A stretch of 64,000 nucleotides of DNA from Amoebidium appalachense (Eukaryota > Protista > Ichthyosporea): the NCBI GenBank assembly GCA_963693365.1, contig CAVNZM010000012.1, positions 4,020,409-4,084,408 on the forward strand, read 5' to 3'. Every line of letters starts with the position of its first letter. Positions within the stretch are counted from its first letter, which is position 1. The position numbers and the translations under genes are program-made. Positions 1 to 12,242 of this stretch are shown here, in pieces. Under the pieces are notes generated by a model. It had not been told where the DNA came from and made no database searches. It saw only the letters and a list, made by a program, of their open reading frames with translations.

Positions 1-311
1 TTGAAAACGGTTTGATATATTACCTGATACCATGCACCAAGTTGCAACCAGCCCCCGCGCTCCCCCTTCTCCCCCCACCCCCCTCCCGTTCCCTTCCCTT
101 CTTATATCCTGCGTTTTGTATTGGTTGTGCATGTTTAAATATCGTAGGATGCACTTGGAAGCTCCCCCCCCCTCTCCCCTCCCCCCACTCCTACATCCCG
201 GCCCTCCTGTCTCGCCCCCCCCTCTCCCCCCCCCCCCCCCAAAAAAAAAAAAATGAAAAAATGAAATAAATAATTAATATACACCTACACACGGGTGCAC
301 ACACACATCCA

Positions 312-350
<39 letters not shown>

Positions 351-370
351 CATACGCACCCACGCACGCA

Positions 371-423
<53 letters not shown>

Positions 424-447
424 CCCACCTTCTCCTCCCCCCCCCCC

Positions 448-482
<35 letters not shown>

Positions 483-490
483 CAATGCAG

Positions 491-1764
491 TTCTTTATGG
501 GCTCAGCGAGTCGGCGTTCACGCGCAAGGTTGAAGTTGCTCTGCGGTGGTATGGACTCAAGTACGAGTACAAGACATACAGCCTCAGCCTGCGCTCCACA
601 GTCGGGGTAGGTGATATCCTAAAAACCTAAAAACATCCTCTTTGTGGGGCAAAATCTTATTGTGTGTAATCAATCATCGGGGTGTGGGATAACCTGAAAA
701 CCTAAAACATCCTGTTTGTACGGCATAATCGTATGTGTTTAGTTAGGGATTTCCGATGTAACTGTTTATTGTAATACCAAGCCTGGCCCACGACGTTTCC
801 GTTTATGAAATCGTACGGTACGTTATTCTAACACACACACACCCACCCACACACACACACACAAGCACACATATGCAGACACATGTTTTGTATGTATGTA
901 CACACATTTTATGTATGTATGTATAGAGGTTTGACATGAAAAAACCAGAAATATACACCTACTGAAGGGCATCTGGTCTTGGAAGCTCTATTTTCCTTAG
1001 TTGAATTTCACATACATACGAGCATGGAGTCTTAGGTTCCTTGAGGTGCCTGTAAACGCTCGATTGTGATTGTGGTGTGTGTGTAAAAGGACATGTGTAG
1101 TGTGAAGTAATGGGTATTGGTACATCGTGTATGTGTACTTCGTACTGTGTTCCGCATTCAAACCCCCCCCCCCCCCCCCCCCCCCCCAAGGTGCGTGCCG
1201 GGACCCACCAGCTACCGGTTGTTGTTACCCCCGAAAATTGGGTCCTGTCCGATTCCAGCTGTATCCTTCAAATGCTTGACGGCAGGTGCACCCTCAGGAT
1301 GTACCCCGATGGGCCTCTGGGTGTGCTCGTGCACTGTGTGGAGGTAATTGAAAAAAACCCCACTCCCCCCCCCCCCCCCCTCCAAAATAATAATAATAAT
1401 AATAATAATAATATAAATACTTAAATAAAATAAAAATGGTTGCTTCCATGCTCCCCCCCCCCCCTCCCCCCCAAAAAAAAACAAAACAAAAAAAAAACAT
1501 GCATCTATGCACAAATCAAAATTCCCATATTCCTAACGATGGGCTCTGCATATGATGCATACTCTTTCGGTGTGGTTTGCACTCAGCATTGTGTTGTCTG
1601 TTTTTGATGTGTACTTCGCGCTCGGTAACAAACTCCCTCCCCCCCCCCCCCCCCACACACACACACACCCAGCCACCCACCACAGACACACACACAGACA
1701 CACACACGGCCCAAAGGCAACACCGTCACTACCTCTACTGCTGTGAGTGTGCACACACACACGA

Positions 1765-1810
<46 letters not shown>

Positions 1811-1824
1811 ACACACACACACGT

Positions 1825-1860
<36 letters not shown>

Positions 1861-2077
1861 TATCCTCGTATCTATTCCGTCATCCCCCGACCCAGATATA
1901 CCTATAATCATCAAACCTCGATCCAGCTCACCACCTCATACAGTATGTTGCATTTTCTATGTATTTGTGTCTCCTTTTAACCCTTTTCATGATGCAGGAA
2001 TGGCTTGATGAGTGGATGGTCCGCTACTACATGCACTACCGCTTCAACTATGACGAAGATGCAAAGTATAGAACCCC

Positions 2078-2108
<31 letters not shown>

Positions 2109-2778
2109 ACCATCACACACATATCACACTGCTCGCATAAGTAACTCGGCTTGTCTCTGATGAAGACGGGTGACCCACCCACGTTCAAGTGAAGCAGCAT
2201 CTGTTTCGTTGTCGAGATGAATGGGTCGAAACTTGAATATCGTGGTTTGCCCCCCCCCCCCCCTCCCCCCCCCCCCCCCCCCCCCCCCCGCCATCGCTCC
2301 CTCCCTGTCCCCGAGGACGGTCTCTGCTTGCTATGCATACCCTTGAGGTGTGGTCTGCACACTGCATGATGTCGTCCGTTATGAACGTGTACTTCTTGTT
2401 CTAGAACGCATTCTAACCCCCTCCCCTCCCCCCCCCCCCCCCCCCCCCCCCTCCCTGCCGCCCTCCTCCCTCACACCGCCCAAGCCCACCCACCCACCCA
2501 CCCACCCACCCACCACCACCACAGACACACCATCACCCCACTCATGTTCAAGTGAAACAGTATCTGAGTTGGGTTTCGTTAACGAGGGGAATAGGTCGAA
2601 ACTCGGGTACTGTGGATGACGTGGGCCCCCCCTGAGGATGGGCTCTGCTTATTATGCATACTCTTTATGTATGGCTTGCATTCTGCATCGTGTTATCCGT
2701 TTGTTCTTGTGTACTTCGTACTTTTTAACGCATTCAAACCCCCCCCCCCCCCTCCCCCCGTGCCCGCGCTCCGCCCCA

Positions 2779-2809
<31 letters not shown>

Positions 2810-3167
2810 CTCCACCCACGGGGGAGCTTCCTAGAAGCCCCGTCTCCTGAGTTCCTATCTATATTTTTCTTGCTTCTGCTTACTGCTGCAACTTTAACCC
2901 CCGGCCTTTCCCACTGCCCTTGCCTGCATAAGCAACCCTGCTCGTCTCTGATCAAGACGGGTGACCTACTCATGTTCAAGTGAAACAGTATCTGAGTTGG
3001 GTTTCGTTAACGAGGGGAATAGGTCGAAACTCGGGTACTGTGGATGACGTGGGCCCCCCCTGAGGATGGGCTCTGCTTATTATGCATACTCTTTATGTAT
3101 GGCTTGCATTCTGCATCGTGTTATCCGTTTGTTCTTGTGTACTTCGTACTTTTTGACGCATTCAAAA

Positions 3168-3203
<36 letters not shown>

Positions 3204-3624
3204 CCCACACACCCCCCCCCCCTTCCCTCCAGGTATTCAGCCAACATTGCAGCAAACGAAATGGCAGACACGTTCCTCACCCGCGTGTTCAAGTTCCTAA
3301 TCGCACGCCAAGTCATCACATTCGGAAAGGCCGCCGTATACATGCAGGGTTTGACGAAGACAGAAGACCAAAAAGTGGCAGAGGAAGAACTGAAATTTCT
3401 TCTCACAAAGTTGGAGGAGCAACTTCATTTGACTAAGTTTGCTCTTGGGGACCGCCCGTGTGCTGTGGACGCAATGTTGATTGGGTATGTGCGGGTTTTT
3501 GAGGATGGGGGAGGGGGGAAGGGAAGGGGCGGGGGGGGGGGGGGGGGGGGGGGGGAGGGGGGGAGTGGGGTTAGGGGTTGGAGTGGATTCCCTGTTACTG
3601 TTTCTGTTTCTCTATCCCTCTGTA

Positions 3625-3720
<96 letters not shown>

Positions 3721-3771
3721 CCTCCCCCTCCCCCTCCCCCTCCCCCTCCCCCTTCCTCTCCCCCTCCTCTC

Positions 3772-3819
<48 letters not shown>

Positions 3820-5707
3820 CCTCTCCCCCTCTCCCCCTCTCCCTCTCCCTCTCTGTCTGTGTGTGTGACCCTGTCTATCTTCCGTGAGACTCTCCCATTG
3901 TCCCTCTCCCTCAGACGACTGCACTCCCCCTCACCTCCGCCCCTCTAGATCCTATTCTTTTTGCATGATGCAATTTTCTTTCTTTCTTTCTTTCTTTTTT
4001 TTTTTTTTTTTTTTTTTTTTGTGGGGGGATTGGGGGGTGGGTTGGGGGTAGTCTGGTGGTTGAATGGTCGGTGGATGGTGATGTGGGCGAATGGGGATGG
4101 ATGAAGGGTGCCCCCGCGGGGGGGGGGGGGGGGGGGGGGGGGGTGCAGAGAGGCGTAGTGATTGGCAGAGTTCAGGGAAGCTGTCTTCATAGACCTAAGC
4201 ACGTGATTACGCATATGGTAGATGGTCGGTGTGTGCTTACGCATTCCACACACACTCTCTCTCTCTCTGTCTCTCTCTCTCTCTCCCTCTTTGCCTCCCC
4301 CTCTTCCTCTCCCTCCTTCTATCCCTCACACACGCTCTCTCTCTCTCTCTCACAACTCACACACACACACACACACCCTTCCAAACTCTCCCCCCCCCCC
4401 CCCCCCCCGCCACCTTCCCCCCCCTCCCCACCCCCCCCCCCCCCCCCCTCACACACACACACACACACATCCCTCCACTCACACGTACACGTACAGCTAT
4501 CTCCGTGCCTCTCTTCTGGACTCCCCCACTGTAAGCACCGTCACCCGCTGCTTCCCCAAAGTTGTCGAATACGGCCTGAGGGCGGACACCCCCGGATATT
4601 GGGACGGGGGAAGCGGGAAATTGGCTCCGTTTCCACAAAGCACCCCCTTTGCCACCTATGTTCTGGGCCAATTGAGTGGGGCTTATGGGAAATATCTTCG
4701 TGAAAATGCGCAGGCGCTAAAAAGCGGCAACAAGTCGATCACCATCACCGTTAATGGACAGGACACTACCTTCCGTGCAAGGTGACTTTTTTGCTCTTCT
4801 TTTTTTTTTGGACCCTCCCTTCCCCCCCTCCCCTCCCCCCCCCCCCCCCCCCCCCCTCCTTAGGAAGCTACCCCTCGCCCTCCCCCCCCCCCCCCCCCCC
4901 CCTCTCCCTCAGCCCCTGCCCCCCAACGCCGCGTGCACACACCATATTCTTGACGTTTGCTCGGGGAGTTAACAATTTGATACTTTTTTTGCTGGTTTGT
5001 TTCTCTTTGAAGATTGTCAGTCTCGTATCTGTCACGTCCACAAGCAAGCACGCACGCTCGCACACCGCCACCCACACGCACATGCCCACCCACACGGGTG
5101 TACAGGTGCACACACGCGCACGATAGACAGACAGGCAGGCAGGCAGGCAGACCGACAGACAGACACACACAGAGAGAGAGGGAAGGAGAGAGGGACAAGA
5201 GAGCAAGGAAGGGGGGGGGGGGGGGGGGGATGAGAGAGACATACACGCGCGCATACACACATGCATGCACACGCGCACGCACACACACACACATACAGAC
5301 AGACAGACACACACAGAGAGAGAGGGAAGGAGAGAGGGACAAGAGAGCAAAAGAGGGGGGGGGGGGGGGAGATGAGAGAGACATACACGCGCGCACACAC
5401 ACATGCATGCACACGCGCACGCACACACACACACATACATACCGAGGGAGAATGGGAGAGGGAAAGGAGAAAGGGAGACAGAGACAGAGACAGAGAGAGA
5501 GAGAGAGAGACTCACACGCACACACACAGGTGCTACCCCGAGAGATCACGTCGCATGATTCAGGCACACGTCCGTCACGTCATTGAGACGGCGGAATTTG
5601 CAGAGAGAGAGAAACTCAAAGAGTGGCTGGCATCTTCCGGTCTGTCCGATATATTTGGCCCACCCACCGATTCTGATTGGGGCGTGTGGGAAACCATTCA
5701 CCACTAA
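491..5707 (+). CDS. Glutathione S-transferase family protein (bacterial-like GST_N_3/GST_C type), 6 exons visible; start exon probably upstream of the window
   Basis: Exons 491-606, 1191-1343, 1998-2065, 3233-3484, 4497-4781 and 5530-5707 all have AG/GT boundaries and compatible phases. The joined protein reads [24 protein letters not shown]...[25 protein letters not shown]...[17 protein letters not shown]...[16 protein letters not shown]...[10 protein letters not shown]...stop. This gives the thioredoxin-fold N-domain (cis-Pro 'LPV', 'SDS') and the C-domain N-capping 'GDRPxxxD' box. Confidence 0.85.
1123..1635 (+). repeat. Two 3' fragments of the structured repeat (1123-1163 in GST intron 1; 1533-1635 in intron 2)
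   Basis: Contains GTGTACTTCGTACTGTGTTCCGCATTCAAAC(C)n and GATGGGCTCTGCATATGATGCATACTC...GTGTACTTCG. Confidence 0.7.
2133..2420 (+). repeat. Structured intronic repeat family, diverged copy D (with internal poly-C)
   Basis: Reads GCATAAGTAAC...GTCTCTGATGAAGACGGGTGACCC...TGGGTCGAAAC...CCGAGGACGGTCTCTGCTT...ACGCATTCTAACCCC. Confidence 0.7.
2538..2740 (+). repeat. Structured intronic repeat family, 5'-truncated near-identical duplicate of copy A
   Basis: 2540-2738 matches 2968-3167 almost exactly. Confidence 0.85.
2918..3170 (+). ncRNA. Structured intronic repeat family, full-length copy A (putative novel structured RNA)
   Basis: Pairings are ATAAGCA 2928-2934 with TGCTTAT 3074-3080, ACAGTATCTGAGTT 2985-2998 with AACTCGGGTACTGT 3028-3041, and GACCTA 2963-2968 with TAGGTC 3020-3025. 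It lies in GST intron 3 and ends ~60 nt before the acceptor. Confidence 0.6.
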
Positions 5708-5791
5708 GTGGAAGTCTAGGTTCATTTCAATTTTGACACCGTTTGAAAAGAGATGAGCTCACAAACACACGTGCGCACGCACACACACAGA

Positions 5792-5840
<49 letters not shown>

Positions 5841-6512
5841 CTCTGGCTTTGTCTGCCTATCTCTCGCTGTGAACGTCAAGAAAAAGGAAACAAAACGCAC
5901 ACTTGCTCGTCGCTTTGTTTGGGCACCAAAAAAAAGAATAACACACATTGGTTTCTCTTTCTTTCTTTCTTTCTTTCTTTGATGCTCAACAATTTGTATA
6001 TATGCCGTAGTGTGTTATCTCCTATGTTTTGCCAAGTTGTTATGTTGGTGTTATCACTACTGTTGAAGGCGATTCGGAAGCGACGTTTTAAAACTAGGGC
6101 AATAGAAATTAGGCCTCCTAATAATAAACGGTATTGTGCAATTATTTAGAACTTGAAGTATCCGTTTTTCTTTTCTCATCAAATTATATGCCATTTATTT
6201 TCTTTTCTATGGCTTTGATTTTTCGCAAAATATCACCTGTTCGGCCACTTGTTCTGGTTTATTTTATGACTTTTTTTGTTGAAATTGCCAAGTTTCAATA
6301 TGTGAAGGCCTGGGGTTCGTTTACGTTTACTTGGAAACGATTCAGCCATTATGCTGCTGTGGACAAGACCTAAGAGAGCGTGTGTGCTTTCATGTATACA
6401 ATTAACGTATCGTGTATATCGGTAATAAAGAAGGAATGGATTGTTGAACTATTTGCCGTACCTGCACTAAATTTGTCAAACACTAGTCTAAGAAAGTCTT
6501 CGGACGATTGAA

Positions 6513-6549
<37 letters not shown>

Positions 6550-6759
6550 TTCCCATCCCCGCCTGCCCACGGAGCCAGCCAAAGAATGGTAGGTACACAA
6601 GAAGAAAACGAAAATGCTCTGGGACAGAAACAGAGAGTTGAACACACGTGTCTGCCCACCGCAATGCCATACAATGGCGAGCACTTCAAGCAAATGCGCA
6701 TGCATGTGTGATCGTTCACTGAACTCGCGACCATATGAATCATTCGGAAACACTTGAAT

Positions 6760-7520
6760 GCATGCACATACACCAGCACATGTACAATTCATACAAAAGC
6801 AACCTCACGTGGGTGCACACGCTAACACACACACGTACACACATACACGTCCACACATACACGCGCAACTGCACACACATAACAGTCACACGCACAGTAC
6901 ACATGTCACATCATGATCATGCATGAGCTAGAACCACGCAGTGCACATGCATGTACAAACACACAGTGTCACACGCGCACACACACACACACACACAAAC
7001 ACGCACACACCAACACATACACACACATACACACGCACACACACGCACACGCACACACGCTCCCACACACGCACACACGCACGCAACATGTTGCGCTCGC
7101 ACGCACACGTGCACACAGGCACACGTGTACACACGCGTGCACAGGACCTGGACTGGAGCAAGTGCAGTGCACTTTAGTAGTGCACCCGAGCGCGTACACA
7201 TTTACACACGTGGAAACACGCGCGCGCACACACGCAGTCACGCACATTGTGAGTGCACAACCTCGCCATTCAACCAAAAATGTGCACACGCGCACACACG
7301 CACCCACACACCCACACACACACACCCACACACACACACACACAAAACACACACACACACACGGCATACATACACACACGCACACACCCACACACCCACA
7401 CACGCACACGCATACACGCACACACGCACACACGCACGCACACACGCACATGCACACGCACACGCACACACGCACGTACACATGCACACGCGCACACACA
7501 TGTACACACACACGCACACG
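6760..7520. repeat. Long degenerate (CA/CG)n purine-pyrimidine tract; similar tracts at 38450-39350, 48170-48370 and 53950-54660
   Basis: Directly visible alternating purine-pyrimidine sequence. Confidence 0.9.
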
Positions 7521-8856
7521 GAGATATCATGGTGAGCTCTATGGTACGCGGCACGCTTCTAGACCTGTTGTTTGCTATGTAATTGTCCAACAAGCTGAAA
7601 CACCGTGACGCGTTGTCAAAACACACTTTTCAAAGGCACGTGAAAAACACACGTGTCTCTCCAAACATTTGGCGGGCCAGCCGTTGCCGCTAAGCCGCCT
7701 GAAACTACGCACTGGCGCAGTGTGTCAATTTACAGCATTTGATTCGCTACGTGCGCACCAGTCGCAGATGATTGGCTGGCTTGAATATTCGAAATAGATT
7801 GATTGCCGATTATGGGTCTTTGTGCGCTCTAATTAGAGTTGGGAATAAACAGACAGAAAGTAGCCAAATTGCTTAATGCTATTTATTTGTGAATATTATT
7901 TAAATTTCCGTTGTCTCTACCTACGAATGCAATCGATGGAGCTGTGGTGTGGGTGCTGTGGGAGCGGCTTTGGGAACTGTACATTTGTGTGTGATAGCAG
8001 GGCGCTTCGGTGAACGACGGTGATTTTGGTCTATTTCATGGTCCAAATGATTGGCTGTACAAACAGTTGACCAATCAAAGACAGAAACAATACTGGACAA
8101 AACAGCATAATAGAGTCCAGTTTACCTGCTGTGATTCATATATTTTTTATATCAACAATATACACCAGCCTTATCTTATACCGTGCATAAAAACGCGTTG
8201 CGCTGCACACTGACCGCCAATTTGGCTACATCGCTTGTACGTGTCTGCACAATGCCGCGCGCAGTGCGTGCAGGCGGCAGGCAGGCTGGCAGCTCATTCA
8301 AACAGTGTGCCCAGCGGCGGATTATAAATGCACCTAAAACTAAATACTAGCAAAGACAAGCACAAAAATATCACCTTGATTTTTCTCTGCAAAGTCGTTA
8401 TTGAGTTCGTCAAATTTTCTTTCAGACTTTGCTTTGGCCGTTGCGGTCACTGCGCTGTTATATGCGCCACAAGTGCAGCTGGATCCTTGGAGATGGTCTG
8501 AAAGCCAAACATGATTCGTATTTTATCACAGAAAACATTTTGCCTCGCTTTTGATTGGTCAATTTCATGCACCGTGTATTGGCTGTGTTGGGTCGCCACG
8601 GCAGCTTGCAGCGGAATGAGCTAAAAACACCGTGTTGTCTCGTGTGTTTCCGTTTCCTGCGTGTGTTTTCACGTTTTGCAGACTCCCTAAGAAAGCAAAC
8701 ACACGCAGATAGTTCGAACTTGGAAGGGACAAAACACAACAGCTGTAAAAGCACTCTTTCAGTCGTATATATCGAACAGTGTTCGAGATCTTGACTGGTA
8801 CGCCGCAAAGAGACACGCACGCACGCACACACACACATACACACAGACACACAGAC

Positions 8857-8902
<46 letters not shown>

Positions 8903-9152
8903 CATGGTTCAGAACTAAGATTCACCACACACACAAGAAAAGTACGTGCACGCCAACCAAGGTTTAGTTTAGGACGCACACACACCTGCAAACACTCACC
9001 AAGATTGTACCCCAAGGGACTCGATAGCTCGCGCTTTTGTTTCGCTTCAGTCTACAAGCCACCAACCCTCTGTCCGGTACCCTGACATGCACCACTTCAC
9101 CCCTGCACACGGTTTGCTTCTTCTTTCTTAATTATTTTCAATAAATTCGGCC

Positions 9153-10472
9153 ATGTGGGGCCCATCGCCGGCAGGCCCCACAGTGGGCATGTTTCCAACC
9201 AACACAGGTCGGTTTAGACCCCCTGAGCTCTTCAATCTTTCAACAAAATCAAAACCACAAGTTGTGGAAGCCGGCTATGCATTTGTGTCCGCCGACTATG
9301 TAGAGCCCACATTCCCTCGCTCTTTCCCGGACGATGAGAAACCGTCAATAGTGCGAAGGGCGTCGCTGCAGTTTGACAAAATGACCAATGCGCTAACGCG
9401 GAAAGAAAAAACACCGGAAAAGGAACAGGATTCGAAACCACCCCTTTTTTCGTTTCGTTCGGTGATTCACAAACACAAAAACGAAAACAAGTCGCTCTGT
9501 GAGGCGGCAGAAGTTCCTGTCGTTGTTTGCGACATTGACAAAACCCACGAACGAATGGGACGGGCGCAGCATGTTGAGAAGGAGAGTGTGCAACGAAGAA
9601 ACAGCAGTCCCTTTTTCAGGCAGGTGAAGATCACACGAGAACTCGCGTTTCCGAACATGAGCGCCGCCGTATCCAAAGTGTCATTACCGGAATTTGATCT
9701 CCCGGATTTTTCGGCAAAGAAGACCGTTCAGGCCATTTCCGACTCCATACAGCGCAAGATGTCGTCAGCCAACTCGGTGCAAGATCCCGGGAATTTGCTC
9801 GAGTTTTTGCACCATGACTGTGTAGACGCCATTCTACGTTTTGCACTTATCCAAGTGGACACTGCCCTAGGGGCAACACCAAAACACGAATGGGCTGATG
9901 AGCGTGTAACATCCCTTCGGATGGAAGTGGCAACAGTTACAAATCACCTTCTACCCAGTCATGTTTCCACCAAGGAATGCAACGATGCAAAAGAGACACC
10001 AATTTCCAAATCCCCCACTCATGGTCCCAACGCCATTACTAGCCCGTTGAAATCCCTGAAATCCCTGCGAAGGAAACTCTCGCTCAACCCATCGTCACGT
10101 TCCCGTGCAATCAGCATCAGTGAACAGAATCCGGAAAAATCATCCGTAAATCCGTTTTTCGGATCTCCACCACCCAGCCAGAGATCCCCGAAGTCGGCGC
10201 CGGCATCTCTGGGCATCGATCCGCGAGTACCCGCCTCCTCTGCGTGGTTGGGTGAGGGCCCGCATCTATTCCCTTTCTCCACCTACGGCGTAGTTGAAAT
10301 CGTCGAGGAAACAGACGTTTCTGATACGGAGGGGGATGGTTCCGGGAATGAATGGGATAGTGAGGATGACTCGGGATCGGTGGACAGTGAATTGGGGCCT
10401 GAATTGTGGGTGGAGGGGGAGGAGATGAATTGGGCCGCTGTTGCCGCGGGGACGGTGCTCGTGCAGGCGTGA
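9153..10472 (+). CDS. Intronless hypothetical protein (439 aa), Ser-rich with acidic C-terminus
   Basis: A long ATG-initiated ORF with non-repetitive, protein-like composition in an otherwise repeat-rich region. It has several RRxS motifs and no recognisable domain. Confidence 0.65.
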   Translation: MWGPSPAGPTVGMFPTNTGRFRPPELFNLSTKSKPQVVEAGYAFVSADYVEPTFPRSFPDDEKPSIVRRASLQFDKMTNALTRKEKTPEKEQDSKPPLFSFRSVIHKHKNENKSLCEAAEVPVVVCDIDKTHERMGRAQHVEKESVQRRNSSPFFRQVKITRELAFPNMSAAVSKVSLPEFDLPDFSAKKTVQAISDSIQRKMSSANSVQDPGNLLEFLHHDCVDAILRFALIQVDTALGATPKHEWADERVTSLRMEVATVTNHLLPSHVSTKECNDAKETPISKSPTHGPNAITSPLKSLKSLRRKLSLNPSSRSRAISISEQNPEKSSVNPFFGSPPPSQRSPKSAPASLGIDPRVPASSAWLGEGPHLFPFSTYGVVEIVEETDVSDTEGDGSGNEWDSEDDSGSVDSELGPELWVEGEEMNWAAVAAGTVLVQA

Positions 10473-10552
10473 TGTACGGTATGTGTGTAGGTGGGATTTT
10501 GTGTTGTATGTTTTGGGCCGGGCAGGGTGATGGAGGAGGGAGTTGACGGGGT

Positions 10553-10584
<32 letters not shown>

Positions 10585-10651
10585 TAGATATGTCCCCTTG
10601 TGTGGTACTGTATGAGTTTTCTTTTGTGGGGCTGGGCTGGGGTAGGTGTAA

Positions 10652-10705
<54 letters not shown>

Positions 10706-11252
10706 TTGTGTCTGGGATTGCAATGCAACACATACTTAGCTTAGTAGGTAGATTGATAAGGATGCGAATGGATGCATTCTAAACCGTTTGCGCTCGCACG
10801 TCCTGACTGTTCCCTCTATCCATCATAAGTTCATATATGGGTGCAACTGACTATTTTTGGGGGGCAGGAGAGATACGTGGTTAGTCGCTTCGTTAAAGAT
10901 CGAGAGCTACTTCAAAACGTAGCTGGCACGAGCGAAGACTGAGGCAGGACCATATTTAGAATTATCAAATTGATTTTGATTGGACGCTCGATTAGATGGG
11001 CCCAACATGCCCACAAACCGGTAGGCGAAAAAAATGGTTAAGGGGGAGAATGCTGGGGGGGGGGGGGGGGGGGGGGGGTCCGAGCCGGCCAAAAGGTGGA
11101 GGGGGGAGGGCGGGTTGGGGGGCACAGTGTTATTTGATAATTCTCTTCACAGACTCTAAATCCAAGCCGATCGTTAGTTTAAAAAATTAGGGGGTTTGAA
11201 TACGCGAATAGTGCAAATCTTGTATACAGTTTAGCCACGCCAATTCCAGGGA

Positions 11253-11302
<50 letters not shown>

Positions 11303-11404
11303 CGACTTCATGCAAGCGTTGGTTGTGTATGTGAACCGAATGTCATGCTGTCATGCCCATTAGCTGATACTAGTTTGTACATAATTTAACCGGAAAATTG
11401 GCAG

Positions 11405-11654
11405 GAATTTCATGGTTTGATTTTGGAATTTTCGTCTGTTTTTGAGACCTGAACAATGGCAGAGTTTGTCCGCACTGTGTGTTGGACACGAAAGATTTGC
11501 GATTGATCGAAAATACAAACTATACGGAGAATACCGTGGGAAACAGGTTGTAATTTACACGAATCGTGTCGTAAAGGATATATGTGAATACGGCAACTTG
11601 GATATGGCTCACTTAAGGGAAGGCAATTTGCCAATACATAAAATCAATGGATGA
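11405..11654 (+). pseudogene. Possible degraded SF3 helicase (CRESS-virus Rep-like) fragment
   Basis: The ORF 11442-11654 reads QSLSALCVGHERFAIDRKYKLYGEYRGKQVVIYTN, resembling SF3 motif B' (xKYK) and motif C (hhhhxN). A Walker-B-like 'EFHGLILEF' lies just upstream in another frame. No Walker A is visible. Confidence 0.3.
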
Positions 11655-12206
11655 ATTTTTTCAAAGGAGCCTACGGTACCCATCTGTCGCATCACAGTTT
11701 CAACAACCAACACCGTATCATTATCGGCATGCATGTTTGCGGCTAGCACACACACACACATGCACACATTCACACACACATGCACACACACACACGAGCA
11801 CACGGCACACACATATTGTCAAACACACGTTAGAGCTGGTGACCCGTATAACACACACAAGCACACGTGACACAGACAACATGAGAGACCTCGCCCTTTT
11901 TTTGGTCTTCTCCCGCCCTCCCCCCCCCCTCCCCCCCCCCCCTGCACTTCCGTCTCTCCCCCTCTCCCACCCACTCTCCCCTACCCTCTCTCCCCCAAAC
12001 ACATACACCACACAATCTTTTGTTGGTGGTGGTGGGGGGGGGGGGTTGGACGGGAGGGGTAACACCGATAAGAGGTACCCCCCCCCCCCCCCCCCCCTCC
12101 TCCCCCTCCCTCCCCTCCCCCCATCACCACCCGCCCGCCGAGACCCATTAAATTTCTCACTGAAACTCAATCTTTGGTCTGCCCCTTCCCTTCACTTGCA
12201 AAATCG

Positions 12207-12242
<36 letters not shown>

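Noticed and set aside
2918-3170. Canonical hammerhead, tRNA-SINE, RNase P, U6 or group II domain V identity for the structured element
   Set aside because: There is no GUH or stem II in register, no cloverleaf or A-box (GGTCGAAAC is only B-box-like), and no AGC-triad DV helix. The RNase P-like GTCTGAG/CTCAGAC pair occurs only in copy B.
7770-8560. Clustered CCAAT/ATTGG words and a short inverted match (8068 versus 8550) as a promoter or MITE
   Set aside because: The matches are too short and degenerate to support a feature call.
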